21,155 nucleotides of DNA from a virus, in IMG/VR virus record IMGVR_UViG_3300031788_001256. One strand, written 5' to 3'. Shown here piece by piece: positions 1 to 9,058 of the stretch (position 1 is the first letter of the stretch; each line of letters starts with the position of its first letter). Position numbers and translations under genes: made by a program. The notes under the pieces are model-generated. The model did no database searches. It had not been told where the DNA came from and saw only the letters and a list, made by a program, of their open reading frames with translations.

Positions 1-61
1 TGTAAAGAAAGGAAAAGGTATTTCTCCGATCAATATCCATCTTGACCCTGTAGGCGACATT

Positions 62-277
62 GTGGGTGAATTGTATGAGATCTCAAATCCCCGTCAGCGA
101 TTCGAAATTCAGTACACTGAAATTGATATACGTTCCACAAGGGGTGTTTGCCCCAACACTGGGCAGTACACCGATTTATCATTTAGCGCTGAAAAACCTC
201 GTATTCAAGCTTGTAGAGTGGGTTGTTCTTGCCACGCCTGTCTTTACAATAATTGTATCGGACACATAGAGCCATGA
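62..277 (+). CDS. small Cys-rich hypothetical protein (uncertain; the overlapping frame 60..269 is an alternative)
   Basis: ORF-track ORF at the window start. No clear RBS. Cys-rich tail (CRVGCSCHAC). Cannot choose between the two overlapping frames. Confidence 0.2.
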   Translation: MGELYEISNPRQRFEIQYTEIDIRSTRGVCPNTGQYTDLSFSAEKPRIQACRVGCSCHACLYNNCIGHIEP

Positions 278-588
278 ATTTATCCGCTTTATTCCAACTG
301 GTATACCTTAGCATCCCGTGTGGTGCTCTGAGTGCATTGATCACCCAAGGGGCGATATTTAACCCTCTACATGCTGCGTTACGTTTACGTAGCCCTTGGC
401 TGGACGAATTGCTTTCCTGCCCATGGTGTACAAGTCAGTGGATTGCGGCTATTTTGGTGTGTATTTATCACCCAATCGTGATCTCTTGTTGGGCTCCAAT
501 TGACTATTTTGTATCAATTTTAGTGATGGCTGCACTTGCGTCTGTCACCGTTAAGCTGGTATACTCAATATACAAGTCTATGGACTAA
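274..588 (+). CDS. small integral membrane protein, DUF1360-like (C-P-x-C-x-S-x-W motif)
   Basis: Internal ATG of the 253..588 ORF. Several hydrophobic helices. Motif LSCPWCTSQWIAA matches the conserved CPxCxSxW of the DUF1360 membrane-protein family as I remember it. Confidence 0.5.
   Translation: MNLSALFQLVYLSIPCGALSALITQGAIFNPLHAALRLRSPWLDELLSCPWCTSQWIAAILVCIYHPIVISCWAPIDYFVSILVMAALASVTVKLVYSIYKSMD
557..565 (+). promoter_or_regulatory. TGgTATACT extended -10-like motif, 28 nt upstream of the ligase ATG
   Basis: Sequence tggtatact. Same motif class recurs at 9929, 11421, 17581 and 20675, always just upstream of a gene start. Confidence 0.35.
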
Positions 589-593
589 TAATT

Positions 594-2690
594 ATGGGTC
601 TTCAAGAATACACCACAGCGCTAAACGCGAAACTAGAAAAAGCACGGGACGCTTATTACAAGAAGGGCGAACCCGTGATGTCCGATGCTGAATATGACGC
701 TCAGGAAAAAGAGTTGGCGGATATAATATCGGCTAATCCTCAATTGAAGGTGTTCGCCCCTGTACTCCATACAGTGGGTTCCGATGTAACGGCCTCTGGA
801 AGAGTGAAGCACAGCCGTCCCATGCTCAGCATTGAGAACAAATACACTGTTGATGACTTTGTGGAATGGGCTAAGAAAATATGGGCAGGATATCCCGACG
901 CCAAATTCTGCTTAGAGCCAAAATTTGATGGTGTGAGCGTAGAATTAAGGTATAGGCATGGAAAATTGCATCAAGCCGTTTCCCGCGGTACGGGCAGTGA
1001 AGGAGAAGATTGCACTTTACAGGTAATGGCGATCAAATCCATTCCAAAAACAGTACCTAATAGTTTTCCAAATGTGTTTGACATTCGGGGAGAAATGGTC
1101 ATGCGGAATGACACCCTTGAACGTCTCAACGCTGAGGCCCAAAAATATGGGGGTAAAATTTATCAGTCCACCCGTAATCTAACAGCGGGTACCATGAAAA
1201 AGCAAGACGCTAAAATTGTAGCTAGTCGTGACCTTGAATATAGACCTTGGGAAGTGACAGGTTCAGATTTAAATGATAGTGGGTTTGCCCGCTTGGATAT
1301 GCTTGTTGATGCGGGGTTTGTCGCTCCCTTGGGAGAACTGGTAGAAGATGAAGCTTCACTACGAGCTGTTTTAGCGAAGAAACTTAAGGAGCGCACAACT
1401 AAACTTCGTGATATTCTTTCCTTGGAAACTGATGGCGTAGTCATTAAAGTAGATTCGAATGCTTTACGCACACAGTTAGGAGTTGCTTCTAAATATACCA
1501 ACTGGCAAACCTGCTTCAAACCCCAATCTGCCTCTGGTACTACGTATCTACGCAGCATCGAATGGCAGGTAGGACGAACAGGAAAATTGTCTCCTGTTGC
1601 GGAATGTGACCCCGTGATACTGGCTTCCGCGAAGGTCGAACACGCCAGTCTTAACAACATCTCCTGGATTAAAGAAAAAGGTTTGAAACTGGGGGCAAAG
1701 GTAGAAATGCTGCGATCCGGGGATGTGATCCCTCAAATCGTTCGTGTGATTGACGAAGGGGATGATGAAATCATTCCACCAACAAAATGTCCGGAATGCG
1801 CTGGAAAAGTTGTGGAGATGGATGAGGGCGGAGTAGGCATCATTCAACATTTTTGTACCAATCAAGCATGCCCCGGTATTCTACGGGGGTATTTGGCTTT
1901 TATTGGTAGTAGGGATGTACTAGAAATCGATGGGTTGGGTCCAGAAGCAGCAAGAACACTAGTGAAAGAGGAAGGGATCCATGATCTGGCTGGGCTTTTT
2001 AATTTTTATAATAGATGCCAAGATAAAAGACTCTCCATGGATACAAATAAAGAATTTATCGCCTATGCTCGAATGATAGGATTTGATGCCACTCTTCCCA
2101 AAATGTTGGATTCCTTAGAGAAGGCTAAAACCGCTCCTTGGGAGCGTTGGATCAAAGCTTTGGGGATTCCTATGATTGGGGAAACTCATGGTAAAGCTTT
2201 GGTGACATTTTTTAAGCTCACCCCAGAGAGCTTCAAAGATTTATGGCAAATTACCCAAAACTTGGAAGAGAACAAAATTGAGGGTATAGGGCCGCAGAAA
2301 ATAAAAGCTTTATCTGAATGGGGGGCGAACCCTGACAACAAAGTTTTGTGTTTGTCATTATTCAATTTAGGTGTGCGTCCTACTCCTCCGGAAACGCCTA
2401 AAATAGTAGCTGGGGCACCTCTAAGTGGTATTATTTTCTGCATTACAGGGGAGTTTGACGAAGATAGAAACTCTCTTATCAAGAAACTTGTTAGCTTAGG
2501 GGCCGAATCTAAAACTGGTGTAACCAAAAAAATAAATCTTTTGATCGTTGGTGATGACGCGGGAAAAACTAAGTTGACTAAAGCCGCAGAATTAGGTATA
2601 AAACAAGTAGGGAAAGATTGGCTCGTTAAAACTTTGTCCGATAGCGGCATTAAAATGTCGCAAAATAACTTTGTTCCAGAGCAGGCGTAA
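594..2690 (+). CDS. ligA: NAD+-dependent DNA ligase (LigA family)
   Basis: 698 aa. N-terminal Ia-like region (SDAEYDAQEKEL), adenylation KxDG motif (CLEPKFDGVSVEL), OB-fold (GRTGKLSPVAECDPV, GDVIPQIVRV), four-Cys zinc finger (CPECAGKV...CTNQACP), HhH region and C-terminal BRCT (IFCITGEF...LLIVGDDAGKTKLTKAAELGIKQV). Collinear with E. coli LigA from memory. Confidence 0.92.
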   Translation: MGLQEYTTALNAKLEKARDAYYKKGEPVMSDAEYDAQEKELADIISANPQLKVFAPVLHTVGSDVTASGRVKHSRPMLSIENKYTVDDFVEWAKKIWAGYPDAKFCLEPKFDGVSVELRYRHGKLHQAVSRGTGSEGEDCTLQVMAIKSIPKTVPNSFPNVFDIRGEMVMRNDTLERLNAEAQKYGGKIYQSTRNLTAGTMKKQDAKIVASRDLEYRPWEVTGSDLNDSGFARLDMLVDAGFVAPLGELVEDEASLRAVLAKKLKERTTKLRDILSLETDGVVIKVDSNALRTQLGVASKYTNWQTCFKPQSASGTTYLRSIEWQVGRTGKLSPVAECDPVILASAKVEHASLNNISWIKEKGLKLGAKVEMLRSGDVIPQIVRVIDEGDDEIIPPTKCPECAGKVVEMDEGGVGIIQHFCTNQACPGILRGYLAFIGSRDVLEIDGLGPEAARTLVKEEGIHDLAGLFNFYNRCQDKRLSMDTNKEFIAYARMIGFDATLPKMLDSLEKAKTAPWERWIKALGIPMIGETHGKALVTFFKLTPESFKDLWQITQNLEENKIEGIGPQKIKALSEWGANPDNKVLCLSLFNLGVRPTPPETPKIVAGAPLSGIIFCITGEFDEDRNSLIKKLVSLGAESKTGVTKKINLLIVGDDAGKTKLTKAAELGIKQVGKDWLVKTLSDSGIKMSQNNFVPEQA

Positions 2691-2701
2691 GGAGTGAAAA
2701 T

Positions 2702-3070
2702 ATGAAAATGAAAATCGTTACTATGTTTATCGCACTTTTCTTCGTTTTGGGAGTTAATTCCCAAGCACAGGGTGTTTCTTATCCGTATTCTGTAGTTTTG
2801 ACTTGGACTCCCCCATCTGGGGCTACAGGTATTAATGTCTACAGAACAACTTATTCGTCTGGAGCTTGTGGAACTTTCGCACTCCTGACAACCACATCAC
2901 TCACCGGTACAGCAAAGACTTATACGGATACAACGGTAGCCTCTTTGGGGGATTATTGCTACGGAGTTACAGCTCTGGTTGGTGCAGCTGAATCAGGAAT
3001 GTCGAATATTCCTCCCCCGTCACAGATTCCGCCTACGCCACCTACAGCCTTGGCTACACAAGAACAATAA
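2702..3070 (+). CDS. secreted fibronectin type III-like domain protein with Pro-rich C-terminal tail
   Basis: RBS AAGGAG 7 nt upstream. Signal peptide MKMKIVTMFIALFFVLGVNSQAQG. FN3 hallmarks (LTWTPP...GINVYR...YTDT...GDYCYGVTAL). PPPSQIPPTPP tail. Confidence 0.7.
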   Translation: MKMKIVTMFIALFFVLGVNSQAQGVSYPYSVVLTWTPPSGATGINVYRTTYSSGACGTFALLTTTSLTGTAKTYTDTTVASLGDYCYGVTALVGAAESGMSNIPPPSQIPPTPPTALATQEQ

Positions 3071-3200
3071 ACTTTTAGGTGCGGCGTTAACGCGGAACGA
3101 TTTAGGTCGCTCCGGATGAAGGGGTAAGGTTTAGGTTACGAATCCTTACGCTAATCGGTTCCAATCCGGCCCGCACAAGAGTTTTAGCGGAGGGGAGAGC

Positions 3201-3356
3201 ATGACGCAGAAGATTGAGTCGATTCAGGATTGGTTGCTGAGGCACGGCCACCATGCCGAAGATACGGTTAATGGAGAGCCGCTGCTCGACCTGCTGTGGA
3301 AATTCTGGGTGGACTCCGTAAAGGAGCGGACGAAAATTGGAGGGTCAGGGAGATGA
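3201..3356 (+). CDS. small hypothetical protein (51 aa)
   Basis: Strong RBS GGAGGGGAG upstream of the ATG. Below the ORF-track size cutoff. Its stop overlaps the next ATG (ATGA). Confidence 0.4.
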   Translation: MTQKIESIQDWLLRHGHHAEDTVNGEPLLDLLWKFWVDSVKERTKIGGSGR

Positions 3357-3610
3357 GCGCTGAATCCACAATGACGCCTCAACAGAAAATCTTGGCGGCG
3401 AAATTAGCGAAAGAATCGCTGGAACAACACTCAAAAAATATTTTGTTCAATACGGCAAAAACCCACATCATACACAATGGAGATGATTTATGTCAATTAA
3501 AGAAATGTTGGAAAGTGCGGCACATGCGGTATGGGTACCCGGAGATGAAAAACTTTCAACTGCTGCCCCAGCTAAAGGTGCAACTCCAAGTTTTACTTTT
3601 CCGGGTTTAG
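3353..3610 (+). CDS. hypothetical protein (overlaps the next gene by 120 nt; C-terminal part may be spurious)
   Basis: RBS GGGAG. The N-terminal 45 aa look protein-like. The remainder overlaps the 3490..4143 gene in another frame. Confidence 0.25.
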   Translation: MSAESTMTPQQKILAAKLAKESLEQHSKNILFNTAKTHIIHNGDDLCQLKKCWKVRHMRYGYPEMKNFQLLPQLKVQLQVLLFRV

Positions 3611-4143
3611 GTAATTCAGGTACTGCACCTACAGCAGCACCATCTCCATTTTTGGTACCTGGTTCCGTGGCTCTAGACGAGGGCGTATACCAGAAAGTAC
3701 TCGCTAAAACAAACTTTGAAACCACACCGGCTTGTATCTCCATTCATAAGTATTATGACGCTATGGAAGGTATGCCGATGGACATTAAAACTAAGTTCAA
3801 GATGGCAATAGCGCAAGCCGCCAAGCTTGACGGTCTGACGGCAGATAAAATCCTCGCCACATTTGATGGCTTGAAAACCGCTCTGGCAGCAGATGCGAAT
3901 AATTTCGCTAAGTTTGCCGAGGAACGAGAAAAAACTCAAATTACATCCCGGCAGACAAAAATACAGCAAATCACTGATCAAATTACCGCCCTGGAAACTC
4001 AACATACCCAGCTCGCCGCTGAGTTAGCGGATGAACAGAATAAACACGTTGCTGGTACAACGCAATACGCCTTGGCACAACAACGCCGAGCGACAGAAAT
4101 TGATCAACAGAAGGCGGAATTTGCGGCCCTGCTATCGCACTAG
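3490..4143 (+). CDS. hypothetical protein: Ala/Pro/Gly-rich N-terminal region, coiled-coil C-terminus
   Basis: RBS GGAG before the ATG. 217 aa. Q/A/E-rich heptad-like C-terminus (ITDQITALETQHTQLAAELADEQNK). Confidence 0.6.
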   Translation: MSIKEMLESAAHAVWVPGDEKLSTAAPAKGATPSFTFPGLGNSGTAPTAAPSPFLVPGSVALDEGVYQKVLAKTNFETTPACISIHKYYDAMEGMPMDIKTKFKMAIAQAAKLDGLTADKILATFDGLKTALAADANNFAKFAEEREKTQITSRQTKIQQITDQITALETQHTQLAAELADEQNKHVAGTTQYALAQQRRATEIDQQKAEFAALLSH

Positions 4144-4179
4144 ATCAGGAATAAAATCCAACCACGGAGCGAAACATAT

Positions 4180-5274
4180 ATGAGCACAACACCTTTGAAT
4201 CTAAGCAATTTCTCCCCGAAGTCTTTCTTCAGTCGGCCAGAGGGTAAATGGTTTGGAATACCCGTTTTACTCGCTCTAGCCGCGGTTGGTATTTACGGGT
4301 TTTTTCAAGCTCTCCCTTTCCTGCTAATCGCCTTTACAAACATGATATATCTGGGTGTACTCGGTGCAGTTTTGATCGGGATGATAATGCTCGCTCTGAA
4401 CCCTACAGTTCAGTGTGTTGTCAAGAACATGTTCCAATCTTTTTGTCGTGGGGTAGCCGGTATCCTGGTAACAATTGACCCCATCGGAATTTTAAAAAAT
4501 AATCTCGATGATATGAAAAAGGGCAAAGAAAAATTAAGTGCCACAATTCGCCGGATGGCTGGCAGTGATAGCAAACTACTTAGAAAGATATCCGACCGCA
4601 AAGAGGCAATTAAGCAGTTGATGGCAGAAGCCCAATCTGCTGAGCGTATGGCAGCAGCAGCTAAAACTCAACTAGATGCTGATCGCTTCAAAATGAAGAC
4701 GACTACTAATCAGCAGAAAGCCGGATTCCTAATGTCTGGAGTTGACCAGTTGTCCCAATTGGAAGTGCAAACTAAAAGTCTCTTGGATAAATTTCGACGC
4801 TGGGAAGTGGCAACTGATGCTAAGATTGAGCGAACAGATTTCCAAGTAAGTTACTGGTCTGATCAACGAGAAACTATTCTGGATGCTCAGAAAGCGCTCA
4901 AATTTGCCGACCGAATTCTTAAGGGAGACCCAGAACAGTTGAAGCTGGTAAACAGTGCAATTGAATTTATGGCCGATGATGCTGCACGAACTGTAGGCGA
5001 AATTGAAGATTTTAACCGTTTCTCTGAAAAAATGCTTACAGATTTCGATGTTGAAAATGATGCCAATGCTACTAGGGCTAAGGAGAAATTTACAGAATTT
5101 GGCGCAAAGTTGGATGCAGACGCGAGTCGCCCCACGGCGGCGGATGCTTTACAGGCGGCTATTAATGCAGCACCATCACCCACACTCCCAAATTCTCCGA
5201 TCCTTGGTCGCGGTGTTGGGGTAGGAGCTAACGGAACAACGGGCTCTGATTACAACGATTTGTTTAACAAATAA
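4180..5274 (+). CDS. membrane-anchored coiled-coil protein (2-3 N-terminal TM helices, long helical cytoplasmic domain)
   Basis: 364 aa. Hydrophobic segments IPVLLALAAVGIYGFF and IYLGVLGAVLIGMIMLAL. The rest is charged and helical. Family not recognised (PspA- or TelA-like possible but not supported). Confidence 0.7.
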   Translation: MSTTPLNLSNFSPKSFFSRPEGKWFGIPVLLALAAVGIYGFFQALPFLLIAFTNMIYLGVLGAVLIGMIMLALNPTVQCVVKNMFQSFCRGVAGILVTIDPIGILKNNLDDMKKGKEKLSATIRRMAGSDSKLLRKISDRKEAIKQLMAEAQSAERMAAAAKTQLDADRFKMKTTTNQQKAGFLMSGVDQLSQLEVQTKSLLDKFRRWEVATDAKIERTDFQVSYWSDQRETILDAQKALKFADRILKGDPEQLKLVNSAIEFMADDAARTVGEIEDFNRFSEKMLTDFDVENDANATRAKEKFTEFGAKLDADASRPTAADALQAAINAAPSPTLPNSPILGRGVGVGANGTTGSDYNDLFNK

Positions 5275-5323
5275 AATTTAATTTGTTAAATGTTTGCATC
5301 TTAATTTACGAGGAGAAAAATTT

Positions 5324-7225
5324 ATGGCTGGACATGTTACCCCACAAGCGAAGGTTCTTTTGGTTATTGTTGGAGTTGTAGGACTCTGTTTCTTAGGTAA
5401 GACAGCGATGGAACGGGGCTGGATGCCAACTCCCAACATCATGAAGGCGATTGTCCCATCCCACATTTCACTTCCAGAAGTGAAAGATGCACAGGTTGCG
5501 AATGTTGTACCGGCACCCCTACCACAAAGCACACCGGCAACCGTTTCTAATACGCCTATCATCGGAGAAGTTTGGGAATGGAATGCTATGTTAGGTCATC
5601 TATTGGCAAACGGCGGTAAACATACAACCGCTGGTTCCCTGATGGCAAAGCGTAATGTTAATCTGACACTTAAGAGGCAAGATCTCACCGATCAAATGCA
5701 ATTGGATTTGATCGCTTGTGCCAGCCAGCTAGCGGGGGGGTCTACGGATTGTTCCACCGGAGCGAACTATGTTATTATCATGGGCGACGGTGCGGGGCAA
5801 TTTGCAGCTGCTACCAATCCAAAGCTTTATGACTTGGACTGCAAGGGAAAGCCAAAGGGCTGCGTTTCGAAGTATACGCTCAAGGTTATCGCCGCAACTG
5901 GATATAGCCGCGGAGAAGATGCCTTTTTGGCCCCTCCGAATGTAAAGAAAGATTCCAAGTCTTTCAATCAATCCCCTATGCCTGGGTCGCAAGATTCCAA
6001 GGGTCAGGAAATTACTGGCCTATTGGTTGAAGGCGTTCTTCGTGATGGTGATTGGAACATCGCCTTAAAGTGGGCTGGTGATAACGCCATCCCCAATAAC
6101 CCGGACGAAAAGACTTTCGATCCAGATGCAGTTAACTGGATCAATGCTCCGGATTACAACACCGCCGCTACAGATTATGTCGCCGGTAAGTGCGAAGATC
6201 GTAAACTCGTGCATGCGGGGCGTCCTACAGGGGATATGGTGCATGTCTGTGTAAACTCCCTTGTGACTTGGACACCCGGAGATGTTGTAGCCGTGACGAA
6301 GAAGGGCGGCGTAGTGAAGGTTGTTTCTTCCAAACAAAATCGCAGTCAGATGCCCGCTGTGATTATTGGTCCGGCAAAGTTTTTCCAAGACAATCGGGAA
6401 GAAATCACTAACATGCTCGCTGCTACTTTCGAAGGTGGCGACCAAGTGAAGGCGTTTGACTTGGCTCTGCACAAGGCGGCAGCTATTTCATCCGATGTTT
6501 ATGACGATAAGGGTGATGCTCCAAACGAAAACGGAGACTACTGGTACCGTTATTACAAGGGTGTTCCGTACAAGGATCCCACCACGGGGCAGATAGTCGA
6601 ACTAGGCGGTTCGTCTGTGAACAACTTGGATGATAACCTTATCTTGTTTGGTATGAAGGATAAGGGGAATGACAACTTCCGCTCAACTTATACGCTCTTT
6701 GCGAACATTGATGTACAGCAATACCCAACTTTGTTCAAAGAGACTCCAATTCCTGATGTGAAGCTTGTGGAAGATAAGTCTTTCATCCAGGGAGCGAAGG
6801 ATATACTCAGCGGGGATAACAACACCGGCTCCGAAGCAGCGGAACCAGCGTATGAACAGCAAGCTACGGGAAGTGTCATTGGTCAGCGTGCCTATGATAT
6901 CAACTTCAAGACGAATGAAGCGAAACTTACCGAGGCTGGTGAGGCACAGTTGAAGCAATTGAAGGATGGCTGGGCAATCACCGGAGCGTTTATTCAGGTC
7001 GATGGCTATACAGACAGCACAGGCAATGAAGATCACAACCTTGAACTATCAAAGGGACGTGCGGCCGCTGTGGTTACATACCTGCACACAAACTGGCCGA
7101 CAAACTTCCCGGCAAAGCGTTTCAAAGCCACGGGTCACGGTTCTCAAGACCCCGTAGCTTCTAACGCTACAGCCGAAGGGAAGGCTCAAAATCGTAGGGT
7201 TACGATTACCCTGCTAGGCAAGTAA
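5324..7225 (+). CDS. membrane-anchored periplasmic protein with C-terminal OmpA/MotB-like peptidoglycan-binding domain; N-terminal half possibly NitT/TauT-type substrate-binding-protein-like
   Basis: RBS GAGGAG before the ATG at 5324. N-terminal TM helix (VLLVIVGVVGLCFLG). C-terminus FIQVDGYTDSTGNEDHNLELSKGRAAAVVTYL...NRRVTITL matches the OmpA-like domain signature. Region IIGEVWEWNAMLGHLLANGGK...VNLTLKR resembles the start of NrtA/SsuA-like binding proteins (weak, from memory). Confidence 0.75.
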   Translation: MAGHVTPQAKVLLVIVGVVGLCFLGKTAMERGWMPTPNIMKAIVPSHISLPEVKDAQVANVVPAPLPQSTPATVSNTPIIGEVWEWNAMLGHLLANGGKHTTAGSLMAKRNVNLTLKRQDLTDQMQLDLIACASQLAGGSTDCSTGANYVIIMGDGAGQFAAATNPKLYDLDCKGKPKGCVSKYTLKVIAATGYSRGEDAFLAPPNVKKDSKSFNQSPMPGSQDSKGQEITGLLVEGVLRDGDWNIALKWAGDNAIPNNPDEKTFDPDAVNWINAPDYNTAATDYVAGKCEDRKLVHAGRPTGDMVHVCVNSLVTWTPGDVVAVTKKGGVVKVVSSKQNRSQMPAVIIGPAKFFQDNREEITNMLAATFEGGDQVKAFDLALHKAAAISSDVYDDKGDAPNENGDYWYRYYKGVPYKDPTTGQIVELGGSSVNNLDDNLILFGMKDKGNDNFRSTYTLFANIDVQQYPTLFKETPIPDVKLVEDKSFIQGAKDILSGDNNTGSEAAEPAYEQQATGSVIGQRAYDINFKTNEAKLTEAGEAQLKQLKDGWAITGAFIQVDGYTDSTGNEDHNLELSKGRAAAVVTYLHTNWPTNFPAKRFKATGHGSQDPVASNATAEGKAQNRRVTITLLGK

Positions 7226-7277
7226 AACAGTCCCACAACTGAAAATATGTGGGTGGTGGGAGTGGGAGTAGACCTAC

Positions 7278-7317
7278 TTAGGGTCAGAAGAAATTCTGAC
7301 CCTAATTCTTTTTATTC
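7278..7317 (+). terminator. rho-independent terminator: 12-bp perfect stem with GAAA tetraloop, then T-rich tract
   Basis: ttagggtcagaa-gaaa-ttctgaccctaa followed by ttctttttattc. Lies immediately downstream of the OmpA-domain gene stop. Confidence 0.8.
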
Positions 7318-7330
7318 GCATCTTAAATAT

Positions 7331-8119
7331 ATGAACGAGATTCTATCAGCGTTTATCCCCAATCGGGCAATTAGCAAAACCACGGTTACCTATCTGGTGA
7401 CGGGTTATGTTATTATGTTCTTCTTACTTTGGGCGTTCTCTCCGTTTGTCCTATTGCCTACCATTGGCGCTACTTGGGAGGCATTTAAAGAGCAATGGGG
7501 GCAGGGGTTGATGGGCGAATTGTGTATAAGCCTCTTCGCCAACTTAGAAGCGTTGACAATCGCCACGCTCATTTCCCTGGGGTTGGCGTACCTCACAGTC
7601 TTGGAAGGGCTGCGTCCTATAGTAGGGGTGTTGAGCAAATTCCGCTATATGTCTATGGTAGGGTTGAGTTTCTTTTTTACAGTTGCCGCCCACAATCAGC
7701 ATCAATTGAAAATCTCCCTGCTAGTTTTTAGCGTTAGTGTTTTTTATGTCACAGGTATGGCAGATGTTGTAGCATCTATCCCTAAAGAGCAGTATGATCT
7801 AGCTCGTACGCTGCGTATGGGCTCTTGGCGTACGATGTGGGAAGTTGTCGTACTGGGGCAGATAGATAAAGCCTTTGATGTACTGCGTCAGAACGCCGCT
7901 ATTGGCTGGATGATGCTCAGTATGATAGAATCCATGGTGAGGTCAGAGGGAGGCATCGGAGCCATGTTAGCCACTGCGAATAAGCATTTCTATTTGGACG
8001 CTGTTCTTGCAATTCAAATAACAATTTTGCTGACGGGGTTGGGGCAGGATTACCTCATCGGTGTGGCTAAAAATATGTTCTGCCCGTATGCTAAAATTGG
8101 ATCGGAGAGAAAGTCATAG
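7331..8119 (+). CDS. ABC transporter permease, NitT/TauT (SsuC/TauC-like) family
   Basis: Six predicted TM helices. EAA-like loop IPKEQYDLARTLRMGSWRTMWEVVVLGQIDKAFDVLRQNAAIGWMMLSMIE resembles SsuC/TauC permeases. Start placed after the terminator at 7278..7317; the upstream ATG at 7247 would span that hairpin. Confidence 0.8.
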   Translation: MNEILSAFIPNRAISKTTVTYLVTGYVIMFFLLWAFSPFVLLPTIGATWEAFKEQWGQGLMGELCISLFANLEALTIATLISLGLAYLTVLEGLRPIVGVLSKFRYMSMVGLSFFFTVAAHNQHQLKISLLVFSVSVFYVTGMADVVASIPKEQYDLARTLRMGSWRTMWEVVVLGQIDKAFDVLRQNAAIGWMMLSMIESMVRSEGGIGAMLATANKHFYLDAVLAIQITILLTGLGQDYLIGVAKNMFCPYAKIGSERKS

Positions 8120-8120
8120 A

Positions 8121-8138
8121 CCCAGACTAAAGTCTGGG
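8121..8138 (+). other. hairpin (7-bp stem cccagac/gtctggg) immediately after the permease stop, no U-tract
   Basis: Seen directly: cccagactaaagtctggg. Confidence 0.4.
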
Positions 8139-8412
8139 CTTGGGGAAGCCTGACCAACAGGTGGAAGCAAGTTAAACCTATGTACTAGACAAGTAGGGCT
8201 TGTATAGCCGCAAAGTTAGCCTGCTGAGGGTGGTTCCTCAGAGCATGTTTGGGATGCTTCTCTAGTCTCAAGCCTCTGTGCAGGCAACCGTCGAAGAGGC
8301 AAGAGATGGGGACAAAGTTTCAAGCCAGACGATTGCACATTTCTGAGTTTCAACACATGGAGGACGGCGCTCCTCCCAGCATAACTGCTGGGTTTCCGCG
8401 CCTAAAATCACG

Positions 8413-8748
8413 ATGAATACACTCAGGTTATTTTGTGAATTATTCGTAATTATTGCTGGGGGTTTCTGTTTGATGTATTTTATCAAAATCGCATCGAAAT
8501 GGCACCCACATGAGTGGGAGATTGTGGGCGCGTTTTGCGTGGGTAAAGATCAAGTTGATACCGAAGTTCTTCATCGGTGTAAGATTTGTGGCGCTGTGAA
8601 GATTGTCGAGTTAAAGGGCGACTGGGCCATGGATCAACTCGTAGAATCAAAATCACCATATGACGACGCATGGCTTAAATCTAAGAAAGGAGAGAAAGAG
8701 CAAATTAGAAGGAGAACAGATGACAATAAAGACATACAAGAACGGTAA
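8413..8748 (+). CDS. hypothetical small membrane protein (N-terminal TM helix, CxxC pair), C-terminal DDAWLK motif
   Basis: 111 aa. No obvious RBS. Hydrophobic N-terminus FCELFVIIAGGFCLMYFI. HRCKICG. Confidence 0.45.
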   Translation: MNTLRLFCELFVIIAGGFCLMYFIKIASKWHPHEWEIVGAFCVGKDQVDTEVLHRCKICGAVKIVELKGDWAMDQLVESKSPYDDAWLKSKKGEKEQIRRRTDDNKDIQER

Positions 8749-9058
8749 GGTTGTTCTCAAAGAAGATGGAATCAAAATTTGGATAAGTCCCAAAGATCAT
8801 CCGCAGGTTCATCTATGGGATGATCTTAACAGATATGGCTACTATGTTTATCGGGGCATCTCTCTTGGTGATAACCCAACAATAGAGATAAGGACTGAAC
8901 TAGTAAAGGAGATTTTGATTCAATACAAAACAGTTCGCGGACAAAGAACAAGCTGGACTGTTGACGACGCATGGCTTAAGAAATGGAAAGCAAGAAATGG
9001 AAAGGAAATAGATCCTCCGGTTCCTGTTAAGCCGGATGTAAAAGGAAAAAATAAATGA
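8720..9058 (+). CDS. hypothetical protein, C-terminal DDAWLK motif
   Basis: RBS AAGGAG 7 nt before the ATG at 8720. Overlaps the previous ORF. Its stop overlaps the ATPase start (ATGA). Confidence 0.55.
   Translation: MTIKTYKNGKVVLKEDGIKIWISPKDHPQVHLWDDLNRYGYYVYRGISLGDNPTIEIRTELVKEILIQYKTVRGQRTSWTVDDAWLKKWKARNGKEIDPPVPVKPDVKGKNK

Noticed and set aside
1163-2764. Minus-strand ORFs inside the ligase gene (1163..1660, 1548..1865, 2186..2764)
   Set aside because: They lie entirely antisense to a well-supported LigA CDS. No RBS, low-complexity products.
3071-3200. Possible tRNA or tmRNA-like element (ggttccaatccgg / ggttacgaatcc T-loop-like strings)
   Set aside because: No acceptor-stem pairing closes around these. 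No CCA end. Not a tRNA.
7247-7330. Upstream ATG (7247) as the start of the ABC permease
   Set aside because: That extension would include the 12-bp-stem/GAAA-loop terminator at 7278..7317. The ATG at 7331 gives a normal-length permease.
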